From a virus (taxonomy: Duplodnaviria; Caudoviricetes): a stretch of DNA of 64,000 nucleotides. How positions within the stretch are numbered: position 1 is the stretch's first letter; each line of letters begins with the position of its first letter. The stretch spans positions 98-64,097 of IMG/VR virus record IMGVR_UViG_3300046328_000530. The stretch is one strand, 5' to 3'. The position numbers and the translations under genes were made by a program. A model generated the notes under the pieces. The model was not told where the DNA came from. It saw only the letters and a program-made list of their open reading frames with translations, and did no database searches. Shown here piece after piece: positions 26,702-36,857 of this stretch.

Positions 26702-28036
26702 TTAAAGTGCTATAATGTTTGATGCAGTCGAACTGAAAGCGTTATTTGAAGTGTATATGTAATAATTTTGCACAAAACCTGATGCATTAGTTACGCTGAC
26801 CGTAGACTGCGTGAACGTGGGTAAACTTTCAAAGCCTCCTATGGTTAGAGAACTTAAAAGCCCAAACGAAGTAGGATAGGCATAAAAAATAAAATTAGTT
26901 CCGCTGGCTGTAATATTGAATGATGTTTTAGCCTTAGCTGTACCAAATTCGCTACCCCCGCCTAAAGCGGCTAATAAATCCGCATTTGACGGGCTATTTG
27001 TTGCTGACCTGCCCCAGTATTTCCGCGGAAAAAAATTGAACGAAGTAGTAGTAGATGTGTTCGTTTTGCCGTCCGCCGTAGTAACCACATTGGCATAAGT
27101 CACATTGGTATTCCGGGTTACGCTTACCGCCTGTGTGCCTGACACCGTACCCGGAGCGGATGGGTTGGTAAATGTTTGCGCAACGGAAGCAACTACAATA
27201 CTTGATAAGTTCTGTGTAGCTCCCTGCCTGCTTCCGCTCCAATTCAAGGTATAAGGTAAATCCGCACCGCTGGCCATTAACTCTAATTGTAGGCCTCCGG
27301 TTAATGTGGCTGTTGGTGGCTGTGACGGGTACAATAAGGCTTGCAATGTTGCTGCTATTGTGTTAGTTCCTAAAGTAACCCCGTTTATACCTATTACAGA
27401 GCTTGTACTGGGTGTTGTTGCATTGAATGATAAGTCCTGATCCCCGGTATTTATTCCGGATAAATTAGCTCCTGTTATATTGCCAATTGCTTTTATATTA
27501 GTTCCGGCTTCTATTTCGGTTATGGTATAGAAATTCTCCGCCCCCATTCCGCCGGAAGCGTAGATGCCTCCGTTTGATAAAATAGTTCCGTTTGATGAAA
27601 TCCCGCCGCTTGCTGCTATAAGGTCTAATACTGATAGATTTCCTGCAATATTTTGATCCCCGGTAAATGAATTTCCGCCCGCCAAATTAGCTTTGCCGGA
27701 TATATCTACCGGAGGGGCTGCCCAGTTAGAATTTGATATTCCAGCTGATAATACAAAATGTTTTGAAACATCAGAAACCCAAACCATCATCCCAACTTTT
27801 CTAAATGCAGACGGAATAGCATTTCTTTGAACAAGCGTCTGAACAGTCTTATATTGAACATCTTGATAGACAGGAACTCGTACAGACCCGTAAGTACCTA
27901 ACTGAAAGTAGATGCTATCATTTTTTGTATATGCCTGTGTAGCCCTCGCCGTTGATCCTGATGGGATTGTAACTGTTTGTGAGTACGCTCCAAGTGTTGA
28001 AAATACAAGTAGTATTAGGTATATTATTATTTTCAT
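26702..28036 (-). CDS. fibre-like structural protein with N-terminal signal peptide
   Basis: KANLAGGNSFTG and LSGINTGDQDLS fibre repeats; shares the RNAIP..RK.GMMV domain with its neighbour. Confidence 0.7.
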   Translation of the reverse strand: MKIIIYLILLVFSTLGAYSQTVTIPSGSTARATQAYTKNDSIYFQLGTYGSVRVPVYQDVQYKTVQTLVQRNAIPSAFRKVGMMVWVSDVSKHFVLSAGISNSNWAAPPVDISGKANLAGGNSFTGDQNIAGNLSVLDLIAASGGISSNGTILSNGGIYASGGMGAENFYTITEIEAGTNIKAIGNITGANLSGINTGDQDLSFNATTPSTSSVIGINGVTLGTNTIAATLQALLYPSQPPTATLTGGLQLELMASGADLPYTLNWSGSRQGATQNLSSIVVASVAQTFTNPSAPGTVSGTQAVSVTRNTNVTYANVVTTADGKTNTSTTTSFNFFPRKYWGRSATNSPSNADLLAALGGGSEFGTAKAKTSFNITASGTNFIFYAYPTSFGLLSSLTIGGFESLPTFTQSTVSVTNASGFVQNYYIYTSNNAFSSTASNIIAL

Positions 28037-28302
28037 TATATCGTTATAAGTGTTATGTCAATGATATTATCATCCAATCCGAAAATAGTCACCTCCGTTG
28101 GTTCGCATACAGGGTAAGAAAGGAATGAGTAACTGGCTCAAATATGCTCTGTTCTGTCTGTTCTTTTTAGCATGATAGCAGCAATTACTGGGTATTGCCC
28201 CAGTTCGTCTATCTTTTCCCATCCCCAATGGATCGTCAGCTTGTTGTCTACTACCCCTGATCCGGAGAATTTATAGGGCTTTTTTTCTACTAATGAAATC
28301 AT
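28036..28302 (-). pseudogene. small virion-module gene with one in-frame TGA
   Basis: 89-codon frame interrupted by TGA at 28138-28140; final TAA overlaps the next ATG. Confidence 0.55.
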
Positions 28303-28306
28303 GTTA

Positions 28307-28813
28307 CTAAAATACCTCCGTTAATTCCATTGTGACTTTTCCTATCCCTGCAAAATTTGGATTAACAAACATTCCGCCTGCACTTGCTCCAACTCGCATG
28401 GTATAAGTTACGTCTCCAGCTATCCCAGGAGAATCAGTACTAACCAATGGGAGTACCTGATTACTGGAAGGGTTAAATGCACTCATAGCTGCGGCAGCGA
28501 TTGCATCGGGTACTAAGTTTCTGAATACTGCTATAATCTGTGATTCTCCACTACCATTCCCCGGCCGAAAAGGCATATTGCATCTTATTCTAACCTTACT
28601 GGCAATCGACTTTAAATTAATGGTGGCAGATATGACCTCCAACCCTTCTGTTATTTGAGGTATGCTATTATCATTCGAAATAAGATCATTAGAGTATACC
28701 GAGGCAGTATATTGGCCAAATGCTGTTGACGGAAGATTATTAACAATCATATTTAATTCTTCGGCGGACAATGTCTCACCAGTCAATTTTAGTGGTATTA
28801 CTGTTTTTGGCAT
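28307..28813 (-). CDS. putative virion/fibre protein
   Basis: TGETLSAEELN N-terminal motif and beta-rich C-terminus. Confidence 0.6.
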   Translation of the reverse strand: MPKTVIPLKLTGETLSAEELNMIVNNLPSTAFGQYTASVYSNDLISNDNSIPQITEGLEVISATINLKSIASKVRIRCNMPFRPGNGSGESQIIAVFRNLVPDAIAAAAMSAFNPSSNQVLPLVSTDSPGIAGDVTYTMRVGASAGGMFVNPNFAGIGKVTMELTEVF

Positions 28814-28843
28814 TTTTATTTGGTTTTAAATTTGTTAATTTCA

Positions 28844-29446
28844 CTATGCTAATATAAATGGTAATGTGTAAGTGAATGCGTTATTTATAGGTGTTATTGG
28901 TGGTGGCAATGGTGTATTAATATACGTATATGTAACCTGAATTGTTGCCGCAGAGTTATCTATAAACCCATATATTCGATACGGAATATGGGTTATATCT
29001 AACTGAATTCCGGGTAATGATGCTCCATTATAGATTGCAAATACTGATGTTGCTGGTATTGCTACGCCAGCATCGTCAAATAAAGGTAAATACCATTGTA
29101 GATTATTATCCTGCAATAAATCTAAATTGGTTCTTGTTATTGTAGAAGCTCCGCCTGATATGACAAATGTTTGACCCGGAATAACCGTATTTGGATCATA
29201 GTCATACGAACCAGAATAACCTACCAAAGCCCCCAATAGCGCTTTATAAACTGCTTGTGTTAAATCAGTATTATACTGATCTTTTATATCAAATTCAAGT
29301 GCTTTAACCAGAAGTTTTATGCAGTCTAAATGTGCATTATAATCATCACAACCAATTATTAACTTTTGCCTGTGCTTTTCTATTAACTCTAAGTAATAAC
29401 TTTTCGCAATATCTACTTTCCCGGATATGACTGATAAATTTACCAT
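28844..29446 (-). CDS. putative virion protein
   Basis: Late operon position; C-terminal FTYTLPFILA. Confidence 0.6.
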   Translation of the reverse strand: MVNLSVISGKVDIAKSYYLELIEKHRQKLIIGCDDYNAHLDCIKLLVKALEFDIKDQYNTDLTQAVYKALLGALVGYSGSYDYDPNTVIPGQTFVISGGASTITRTNLDLLQDNNLQWYLPLFDDAGVAIPATSVFAIYNGASLPGIQLDITHIPYRIYGFIDNSAATIQVTYTYINTPLPPPITPINNAFTYTLPFILA

Positions 29447-29922
29447 TATACAATCGTATCTAAAAACAGGTTTGCTGAGTTAATATTTGTCTGAAATGCA
29501 GCATGATCCGTTGTTGGAGCAGCAAATTGAGCAGCGATTATAAAGTTTGTAGCCTCATTCAAAGCGTTTAATTTCGCCGCACCTAAACAACACCCATTTT
29601 TTAGTGCATTTTGTAGTTTATTGGCTGTAATCCTCATAAAAGGGTAGCTTTGCAATAAGGTATAAGAGGCTATCCCAGTTAAGTTGAATGTAATATTAAT
29701 GTGTAAGTCCTCTGTTAACGTGTATGTAGCTGAATCGTCTATGTTATTAAGCGTAATAGTAGCTAATACAGTACCTACATAATCAGTCAATACAAATTGT
29801 CTCGTAAAATTAGATCGGACATATCCATTTGAGTTAATTCCGTAGTTAGACGTATCCGCAAGAGTGACTGTTTTTCCGTCTGCGGATTGAGTCGATGTAA
29901 AAGATTGGATAAATACTGGCAT
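29446..29922 (-). CDS. putative virion protein
   Basis: First gene after the TATATTTG promoter box at 29939-29946. Confidence 0.6.
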   Translation of the reverse strand: MPVFIQSFTSTQSADGKTVTLADTSNYGINSNGYVRSNFTRQFVLTDYVGTVLATITLNNIDDSATYTLTEDLHINITFNLTGIASYTLLQSYPFMRITANKLQNALKNGCCLGAAKLNALNEATNFIIAAQFAAPTTDHAAFQTNINSANLFLDTIV

Positions 29923-29938
29923 TTTGTTAATTTTAACG

Positions 29939-29946
29939 CAAATATA
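29939..29946 (-). promoter_or_regulatory. -7 promoter box TATATTTG (also at 4890, 50688, 50719, 53302 and 60364)
   Basis: The same octamer recurs 10-20 nt upstream of minus-strand gene blocks and fits the Bacteroidota TAnnTTTG consensus. Confidence 0.65.
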
Positions 29947-30019
29947 TAATAAAAAAGCAATTAATGCGTTTAATACATATATGTTAAAAAAAAATTATTC
30001 TGATGCCCCATTTGGGATA

Positions 30020-33000
30020 TTAATCCTTCCGCTTCCTTCGCTTTTTCGAGGATTTATCTGGACTTTCTTTTGGTCTTAATCCAACAACATCAGTTAGTCC
30101 ACCCTTAAAAAAACCATTCCAAAAACCTTTTGTTTTATAGCTTTTTTTCGCTGCTTTTACCCCCTTAACCTCATTAATTAATTCTTTCACATCCCTTATA
30201 AACGGAGTTGGCAAATATGGTATCCCCGCTTTATCCCCAAGTATGTTCCCCAATACCCCTGCCGCATCATTTCCTTTTGGCAATGTGCCAAATGTAGCCT
30301 TGAATGCCATTTCTTTTTGGTTGAATGTGTCAGCCCTTTGGTTCAACAATGCTCTTATATAAGCGATAAATTTACCTTCCTTATCTCCGTAAGCCATGTA
30401 GGCTACCATTGATGGGTGAGCCAACTTAGTAAATGCCTTCTCGAAAGCAGGGTGGTTATCCATAAACTTTCTAAGCTTCTTTTTCTCTTCATCGTCCACC
30501 CAGGCAGATAATGCTCCTATAATAGTGGCTGTAACCACTACCCCAGTCAATGTACGTGCATTGTCTTTATTGTGATTGGCTTTTGTTGTAAGTGTCCTAT
30601 CAAGTTCTTTTATACCATCTGGTGTGGTAACATCTATCGGATGCACTTTTTCATAGGCATTGTAATCCACCAAGTAATGTGCAGGAACTCCTGTTTTTTG
30701 CAGACCTAATACCGTCCAGTTAAGACCACCTCCGACAAAAGGATTTATGAAGTTTTTATTTATTATTTGTAGAGCCTGCAATGCAGCAGCTTTAGACCAT
30801 TGTTCCTCTTTGACAGCTTTTCTGATTTCACCATCCATCCTTTGATTAGCCCAAGTCAAGAACTGTGTCCCAAAATTGTTCGCCTCATGCCCTATGCTCC
30901 TTCCGGCACTTTTGTAAGCAGCGTTGAATGAAGCTTTTATCATATCAGGAGTAATCGCTTGTCCATTCACTAAGGCATCTTTTATCAAGTTATTAGCAAT
31001 GCGATTTACGTTTTGTGGGTTGTTTTTGAGCATCTCTTTACCAGCACTATTATTTATTTCTTGGATGATGTTTTTAGCTTTTTCTAAAGCATCAGATTTG
31101 CTCTGACCAGTAAGTTTTTCAGAAACATACGCACGAGCATCTTCATGGCTCATTTTATTTGGGTTGCTCCTGTCTGTAAGAACTCTTATCATATTCTCTT
31201 GAAACTGATACTCTGTAAGACGTATTTTATTATAGCTATCCGCTCCCTCTAATCCATATCTAACGGTTATTATGGAGGTTATTAAATGATTTATTTTGCT
31301 GTATTTTCCCTTATCTACCCATTCGTTAACTGAATCCATTATCATATTCTTTGACACGAATGGGCTTCCAGTTCCACCATACTCGCCACCAGCATTGAGT
31401 ATGGTATCTTCAATAAGTTTTAAGGCATCTTGCTTTCTTGACTTCCGAAGTTCTTTTGTGTCATACTTTCCACCCTTTAAACCGTTTGTCATAAAATTAT
31501 GCAAGTTTTGTATATTACGCTCGGTAAATCCCGAAAGTATGTTTTCAGTAATATTTCGCACTCCGGTAAGTTTGTTTCTAAGATTACCGCCAATATAAGC
31601 TTGCAATATATTCATAAAGTTGAGTACAGTTGATGCCTTCCCTCTAACAGCTTTTGTAAGAACGTTCTCTATTTGTTTGTTTATTTGACTTATTATCTCC
31701 GATACGGCAAACTCGCTATATTTTTTACCAGTAGCAGGGTCTAATTTTTGGTAAACTTCCGCAAGCGATTTTGCAAGCGATTTTGCCTGAAAGAATAGTT
31801 TTTGGTCACTTAGGCTCATGCCCAATGCGCTGTTCAGTAAATAATCGTATTGGTTAGGGTATTTATCGAACAATTTGTAATTATACAATTCTGCCAATCT
31901 TTTCGCATAAGTTTTAGATTCTGTACTCTTAGGCATATTTCGCCTATCCAATTCAGATTGAATGTTCTTTTCTATAAATTCAGTCCTAATCCTGTTAAGT
32001 TCTGTTTGTATCGCAACCTTCATCCTGTCTTTTTGAACTTGCGAATAACCTTGTTTGTTCAAAACCTTATCAACTACATTGCTTATATCTTGCGCCGTAG
32101 ATAGTTCTTTCCAATCTAACACAGTCCTTTTTTCTTTGCCTTCCTTAGTAGTAACAGTAATCTCACGCCCATAGCCAGCCTCTATAAGAGCCGATTTGAC
32201 AACTTCTTTTACATCAGGGTCAATATCATTCAACAAGTCCTGCTTAACCTTCTTAAGAGCTTTCAGATCGTTTATTAAAGGGCTTGTAGCAGGATTTTTA
32301 TCTACCGACTTGGCTTTCTTGCTATTCTGTGTAATTTGTTCGTCTAAATCAGCGATTTCATTCTCTAATTTTGTTACAATAGCTTTTTGTTTTCGTTCGT
32401 CAAGTAAGTCTTTGCTCTTATCTGTCAAAAACGGTTGCGCTTGTTCATTGATATGTTTTAATTGTCGTACAAGGCTTTTATATTCAGCATCTTTTTCAAA
32501 CTTGATACCCCGTGCTTCCAATTCTACCTTTTTGTCCGCAATCTGCTGTTTTATGTCCACCATTCTTTCGCGGATGCTTTCCTTGGCTTTTTCAAGCCTT
32601 TGTGCTGGGGTAAGAGCCGATTTTTCTTTTTTATTGCCCAAAATATCATCAGTAAGAGCTTTTTCTAAAACATCAAAATCCGTTGCTTTTAGATTCTTTT
32701 TCCTTTGCTCTGCCTGAATGTTCTTAACAGCTTTCTTTATGCCATCGGCTACACTACCACCAAGTTCTACGGTAGTAGCTACTGTTTCAAGAGCCCCATC
32801 CCTAAAGAAGTCCAAAATGGCAGATATATTATTAGAACCAAGAACAGCCCGTGGATCCCTCCCGCTTTTTAAAGATCGAAGATAATTTGCTATGCTCTTG
32901 GCTTTAGATTTGTTGATCTGTTTTTCGTTTACATCAACATCTTTCAAGTCTATTATAGAGCTTTCGGCATTCTTCTGCTCGTTCTCCTCTGCCTGTTTAT

Positions 33001-36000
33001 TTATATCATTCCCATCAGCCTTTATCGCTTTGTTAACCTTATCCCGTGAGGCATTGTCTTTATTGGAGAAAAAATCCTTTGTCACCTTCTCAATTTCCCA
33101 CCCAACACGCCCAATTTTCCTAAGTATTCCAAACGCAACACCCCTCGCCTTCTGCCTTTGCATTTCACCAGATATTTTCCGCACCTTGCTAAGTTGGTCT
33201 TCTAACTTATCGGAATTTTCAAACTCTTTGGTAATACGATATTCCAAATCATTTTCCAAAGAGATTATCGCCAAAGATTCACTATCGTAATTCACCTTGT
33301 TTTTGGCAATATAATCAAGCATTTCCTCTACATAGTTATCCCCATACTCTTGTTTTGCTGCCTCAACTATAGCTACACCGTGGGCAAACGCCGCATCTAA
33401 GTTCGCTTTGAAGTATTCCTTTTCGTACTGTGTTTGTTCTCTGCCTGATTCCCTCTCGATATTGTTGAGCGTTTCTGCAACCTCTGTGCTTTCAATGCCC
33501 AGCTTTAACTTGTCGGTAAATGTATTTTCAATACCTCTACTATGCACCTCTTCAACCTTATACTTATGTTCATCCATAAAATCATCGCCAAAGTCATCTC
33601 TCATTGTGCTAAGGACATCAACAAGCTTTACAATCCCTTCTTTTGCATACGATTCTATCACTTTAGCAAGTTTTGCTGTGAATGTTGCCACATCTGCTCC
33701 GATTGATAGTGTGCCACGGGATTTGTTCACGAATGATAACATGTCGCTTACTGCGGCCTTTCGTTCTGCTGTGGCTGCTTGTAGTCTTGTGTCTTTTTTC
33801 CCTGAATCGGTTCTTTGTCCTTCTTTGGAAGATCGTACACTCCTGCCGAGTCCATCAGGATCACCAGTTGTAACCTTTTCTGTTTCGGTAGATACTGGCT
33901 GTACATCAGCCTTAGTTTCTTTAAATGGAGTTCCTTGTTCATTTTTTATAGCTTCTTTAGGTACTCCAAAGTTTTCAATTTGCTGTTTTGTTTCCACATC
34001 CCCTACACCACCACTACCTGCTTTGGGTGTTTCAGGGTTAACCCCTTTTACTTCGTTGTAAAAATTAGTAAAGGCTTGTTTTGGCGATAAATCTCCGTTA
34101 GGGTTGTATTTCTCACTAAAGGCATCGGCTACGATTTGTGATACACCTTTAACATTTTGCGATGCACTAAACGCTTCATCTACATTGGTTTTTGAGTTAA
34201 CAATATCTACAAATGGCTTAAATGTAGTTTCAACAGATTTTGTGGGTGCTTCTTTGGTGGGTAGGGATTGTTCTACTGCTTTATTGTATTCAGTTTTTAT
34301 CTCGGAAAGTGTTTCTTTATGCTTTGATATTATTTCGTTGTAATCATCAACTGCTCTTTGATAACCTTTTTTAAGTTTGCCATTATCAAGATGCGACATT
34401 TTACCAAACCCTTCAATGTTTTTTATACCCCTTTCTGCATTGGCTATTTTTGATTCTAATTCTTTTTTGTCAAAATCATAATCCCTTTTTAAAATTCCTC
34501 CTCTGGTTAATTTGCCATCAGGATCAATAACTTTTCCGTCCAATATTGCTTGTTCGTATGCTTTTTTACCTTCGGCTTTTTTGTTCTTCATTGCTTGAAA
34601 GGCATCGTCTTGTTCTTTAATAGAACGATTGGATTGACGTTTCCCCTCTAACCCTCTGCCGCCTAATAATTGTGCTTGGAAAGATGTGTCATAATCATCA
34701 GGATAACCATTTTCCTTTGCAAATTGTGTAAAGTTTTGATTTTTTGGTTCAAATACACCACTACCTGCTTCCTTATCATTTACATCTTCATACCCGTATT
34801 TTTTAGGTTCTACTTTATCAGTTTCAACATTTTGATCACCAGTTGTAACCTTTTCTGTTTCGGTAGATACTGGCTGTACATCAGCCTTAGTTTCTTTAAA
34901 TGGAGTTCCTTGTTCATTTTTATCATTTACTTCTTCATGGAACATCTCTGCTAATTTTACAACATGCTCTGTACTATCTACATCTTGGGTACCTGATATA
35001 GTAGACTGTTTATTTTCTTTAGTTCTACCATCCAATAATTTCTGAATCATATCAGCAACCTCATTGTTTTTTATCAATAAACTCTGCCCATTTATTTTCT
35101 GATTCAATACATCATCAACCAATTTTAATTTTAAAGACTTCAAATAATCTACATCATCAACACTTAAATTTTGCTTATTACCGCCTGATTCTACGGTTAT
35201 ATCAGGATTTTCAATTGATGGCAGATTAGCAGCAGATTTATTTTCTGGCTTAATACCATCTAACTCCTTGTTAATACCATCCAATTTAATTTGTAATTGT
35301 GCTTTAGTTTCAGGAGATATATTTGGATTATTGATTATCTGTTCAATTTTCTCTGATTCAGTCACCAAATCATCTACATTAGCCTTTTGTACATCAGTTA
35401 AACTGTTGTAAACCTTACTATCTTCATCAATATGGTCGTTAATTTTCTCGGTCATGTTACCAACCTCGCTCATTAATACTTCTTTCTCCTGTGAACTGAT
35501 ATTAGGATTGTCAATTTCAGAAGTTAGTCTATTAATAGCTTCACTATCTTTGGTAATGGTTTGTTTTGTTTTAGGATTAACTATTTTAGAGATCCCCTTA
35601 GTAAGACTTGCTATACCTCCTGTCATACCTAAGCTTATCAATGCTGCATCGCCTACACCTTCAAGGAAATCTCTTTCTGGGTCGACTCCAGACCATTTAT
35701 CTGTAGCATTTTTCCAAACCTGATTAGCAACTTCTCCTGACATATCTCCTAATACAGCAGAACCCACGAATGCTTTTTTAAATGATTTATCCAAATAACC
35801 CTGAATACCCTTTTTAACGACTTCTTCTGCCTCTTTTTCTGCTCCTTTTATAAATAATTTTCTGCCTTGATCATACAACATGCTAGTACCTACCAATTCA
35901 GAACCTGCTTCTCCTATCCCAGTTAAAACAGCATTTATATATAGAGTATTCTTGTTAATGTTAGGGTTTGATTCCTTTAAATCCTCATAAGTTGTTCCGG

Positions 36001-36856
36001 TTGTTCCTAAGCCCATACCAAATAAAGAAACTCCTTTACTTACTCCTGCTCCTCTTGATGTCAATAGTCCTATCATAACAGGTAAACTCTCAGTAATGCC
36101 AAGAGCCATTAGTTTACCAGCATCAGCATAGTTTTCATCTTGTAATGCTTTTGTTATACCTCCATCATAACCTTTTAAGGCTAAAGCTTGGTTTGCTTTA
36201 GCACGTTCCTTATACATGGAACTTAGGTAGTTATTTGGACTTAAGGGGTTGTATTCTTCCGGTAGTCCTATAGTCTCTTCAGCTAATTTACCAAGATATT
36301 CAGCATCAATTCTTGGTTGATTTCCTGGAGAATTTAACCTCGATGTTACTAAATCAACGAAAGATGAAGGAATTGATGTTACCATTCTTCCTAACTGATC
36401 TATTCCAGAAGCTAATTTTAATTGAAAGTCAGTACCAAATGAATTCCTTTTGATTTTTTGAGCTTCGTACTCTTTGGCTTGAGCTTGCATTATATTATCA
36501 GAAGCACCTTCCCCTTGCGAAGCATCATAGGCACCAGTTGCCTTTTTTAGCCTTGCTGATAGATTTTGCCTTTCTATTGTTTTTTTAACCTGACCAATAG
36601 AATAGTCTATCTTTCCCTTATTAGTTAATACTGTTGGTATTTCAGGATTATTCCCACCGTATTGGAAACCTTGGTCGTTCAGCCAACCAATTGAAGATGG
36701 CTTTGAGGTACTCTTTAAAACGGGAGTAAAATTTTTTTTTTTTACGCCTAAATCACCGAACGCATCTACTTCATCATATTTTTCAATAGTGACAGTTTTG
36801 TTTTTATTCTTTATAGCCTTGAGGCTGGTCATAAATGGATTTTCTTCCTCTGCCAT
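30020..36856 (-). CDS. large internal virion (ejection) protein, 2278 aa
   Basis: Size, helical K/E/A-rich composition and third position in a 230/541/2278-aa triplet after the tail genes. Confidence 0.7.
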   Translation of the reverse strand: MAEEENPFMTSLKAIKNKNKTVTIEKYDEVDAFGDLGVKKKNFTPVLKSTSKPSSIGWLNDQGFQYGGNNPEIPTVLTNKGKIDYSIGQVKKTIERQNLSARLKKATGAYDASQGEGASDNIMQAQAKEYEAQKIKRNSFGTDFQLKLASGIDQLGRMVTSIPSSFVDLVTSRLNSPGNQPRIDAEYLGKLAEETIGLPEEYNPLSPNNYLSSMYKERAKANQALALKGYDGGITKALQDENYADAGKLMALGITESLPVMIGLLTSRGAGVSKGVSLFGMGLGTTGTTYEDLKESNPNINKNTLYINAVLTGIGEAGSELVGTSMLYDQGRKLFIKGAEKEAEEVVKKGIQGYLDKSFKKAFVGSAVLGDMSGEVANQVWKNATDKWSGVDPERDFLEGVGDAALISLGMTGGIASLTKGISKIVNPKTKQTITKDSEAINRLTSEIDNPNISSQEKEVLMSEVGNMTEKINDHIDEDSKVYNSLTDVQKANVDDLVTESEKIEQIINNPNISPETKAQLQIKLDGINKELDGIKPENKSAANLPSIENPDITVESGGNKQNLSVDDVDYLKSLKLKLVDDVLNQKINGQSLLIKNNEVADMIQKLLDGRTKENKQSTISGTQDVDSTEHVVKLAEMFHEEVNDKNEQGTPFKETKADVQPVSTETEKVTTGDQNVETDKVEPKKYGYEDVNDKEAGSGVFEPKNQNFTQFAKENGYPDDYDTSFQAQLLGGRGLEGKRQSNRSIKEQDDAFQAMKNKKAEGKKAYEQAILDGKVIDPDGKLTRGGILKRDYDFDKKELESKIANAERGIKNIEGFGKMSHLDNGKLKKGYQRAVDDYNEIISKHKETLSEIKTEYNKAVEQSLPTKEAPTKSVETTFKPFVDIVNSKTNVDEAFSASQNVKGVSQIVADAFSEKYNPNGDLSPKQAFTNFYNEVKGVNPETPKAGSGGVGDVETKQQIENFGVPKEAIKNEQGTPFKETKADVQPVSTETEKVTTGDPDGLGRSVRSSKEGQRTDSGKKDTRLQAATAERKAAVSDMLSFVNKSRGTLSIGADVATFTAKLAKVIESYAKEGIVKLVDVLSTMRDDFGDDFMDEHKYKVEEVHSRGIENTFTDKLKLGIESTEVAETLNNIERESGREQTQYEKEYFKANLDAAFAHGVAIVEAAKQEYGDNYVEEMLDYIAKNKVNYDSESLAIISLENDLEYRITKEFENSDKLEDQLSKVRKISGEMQRQKARGVAFGILRKIGRVGWEIEKVTKDFFSNKDNASRDKVNKAIKADGNDINKQAEENEQKNAESSIIDLKDVDVNEKQINKSKAKSIANYLRSLKSGRDPRAVLGSNNISAILDFFRDGALETVATTVELGGSVADGIKKAVKNIQAEQRKKNLKATDFDVLEKALTDDILGNKKEKSALTPAQRLEKAKESIRERMVDIKQQIADKKVELEARGIKFEKDAEYKSLVRQLKHINEQAQPFLTDKSKDLLDERKQKAIVTKLENEIADLDEQITQNSKKAKSVDKNPATSPLINDLKALKKVKQDLLNDIDPDVKEVVKSALIEAGYGREITVTTKEGKEKRTVLDWKELSTAQDISNVVDKVLNKQGYSQVQKDRMKVAIQTELNRIRTEFIEKNIQSELDRRNMPKSTESKTYAKRLAELYNYKLFDKYPNQYDYLLNSALGMSLSDQKLFFQAKSLAKSLAEVYQKLDPATGKKYSEFAVSEIISQINKQIENVLTKAVRGKASTVLNFMNILQAYIGGNLRNKLTGVRNITENILSGFTERNIQNLHNFMTNGLKGGKYDTKELRKSRKQDALKLIEDTILNAGGEYGGTGSPFVSKNMIMDSVNEWVDKGKYSKINHLITSIITVRYGLEGADSYNKIRLTEYQFQENMIRVLTDRSNPNKMSHEDARAYVSEKLTGQSKSDALEKAKNIIQEINNSAGKEMLKNNPQNVNRIANNLIKDALVNGQAITPDMIKASFNAAYKSAGRSIGHEANNFGTQFLTWANQRMDGEIRKAVKEEQWSKAAALQALQIINKNFINPFVGGGLNWTVLGLQKTGVPAHYLVDYNAYEKVHPIDVTTPDGIKELDRTLTTKANHNKDNARTLTGVVVTATIIGALSAWVDDEEKKKLRKFMDNHPAFEKAFTKLAHPSMVAYMAYGDKEGKFIAYIRALLNQRADTFNQKEMAFKATFGTLPKGNDAAGVLGNILGDKAGIPYLPTPFIRDVKELINEVKGVKAAKKSYKTKGFWNGFFKGGLTDVVGLRPKESPDKSSKKRRKRKD
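33859..34921. repeat. 88-bp exact direct repeat inside the large virion gene
   Basis: 33859-33946 equals 34834-34921 and encodes KNEQGTPFKETKADVQPVSTETEKVTTGD. Confidence 0.95.
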
Positions 36857-36857
36857 T

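Noticed and set aside
33859-34921. Diversity-generating retroelement TR/VR pair
   Set aside because: The copies are identical with no A-specific mismatches, and no reverse transcriptase is present.
30924-35723. Many plus-strand ORFs of 60-217 aa in the ORF track (also 427-873 and others)
   Set aside because: They are antisense shadows of long minus-strand genes, with S/L/F-rich composition and no motifs.
30020-36856. Virion RNA polymerase as in crAss-like phages
   Set aside because: No DxDxD-type catalytic motif recognised, and the protein is smaller than expected; kept as a generic ejection protein.
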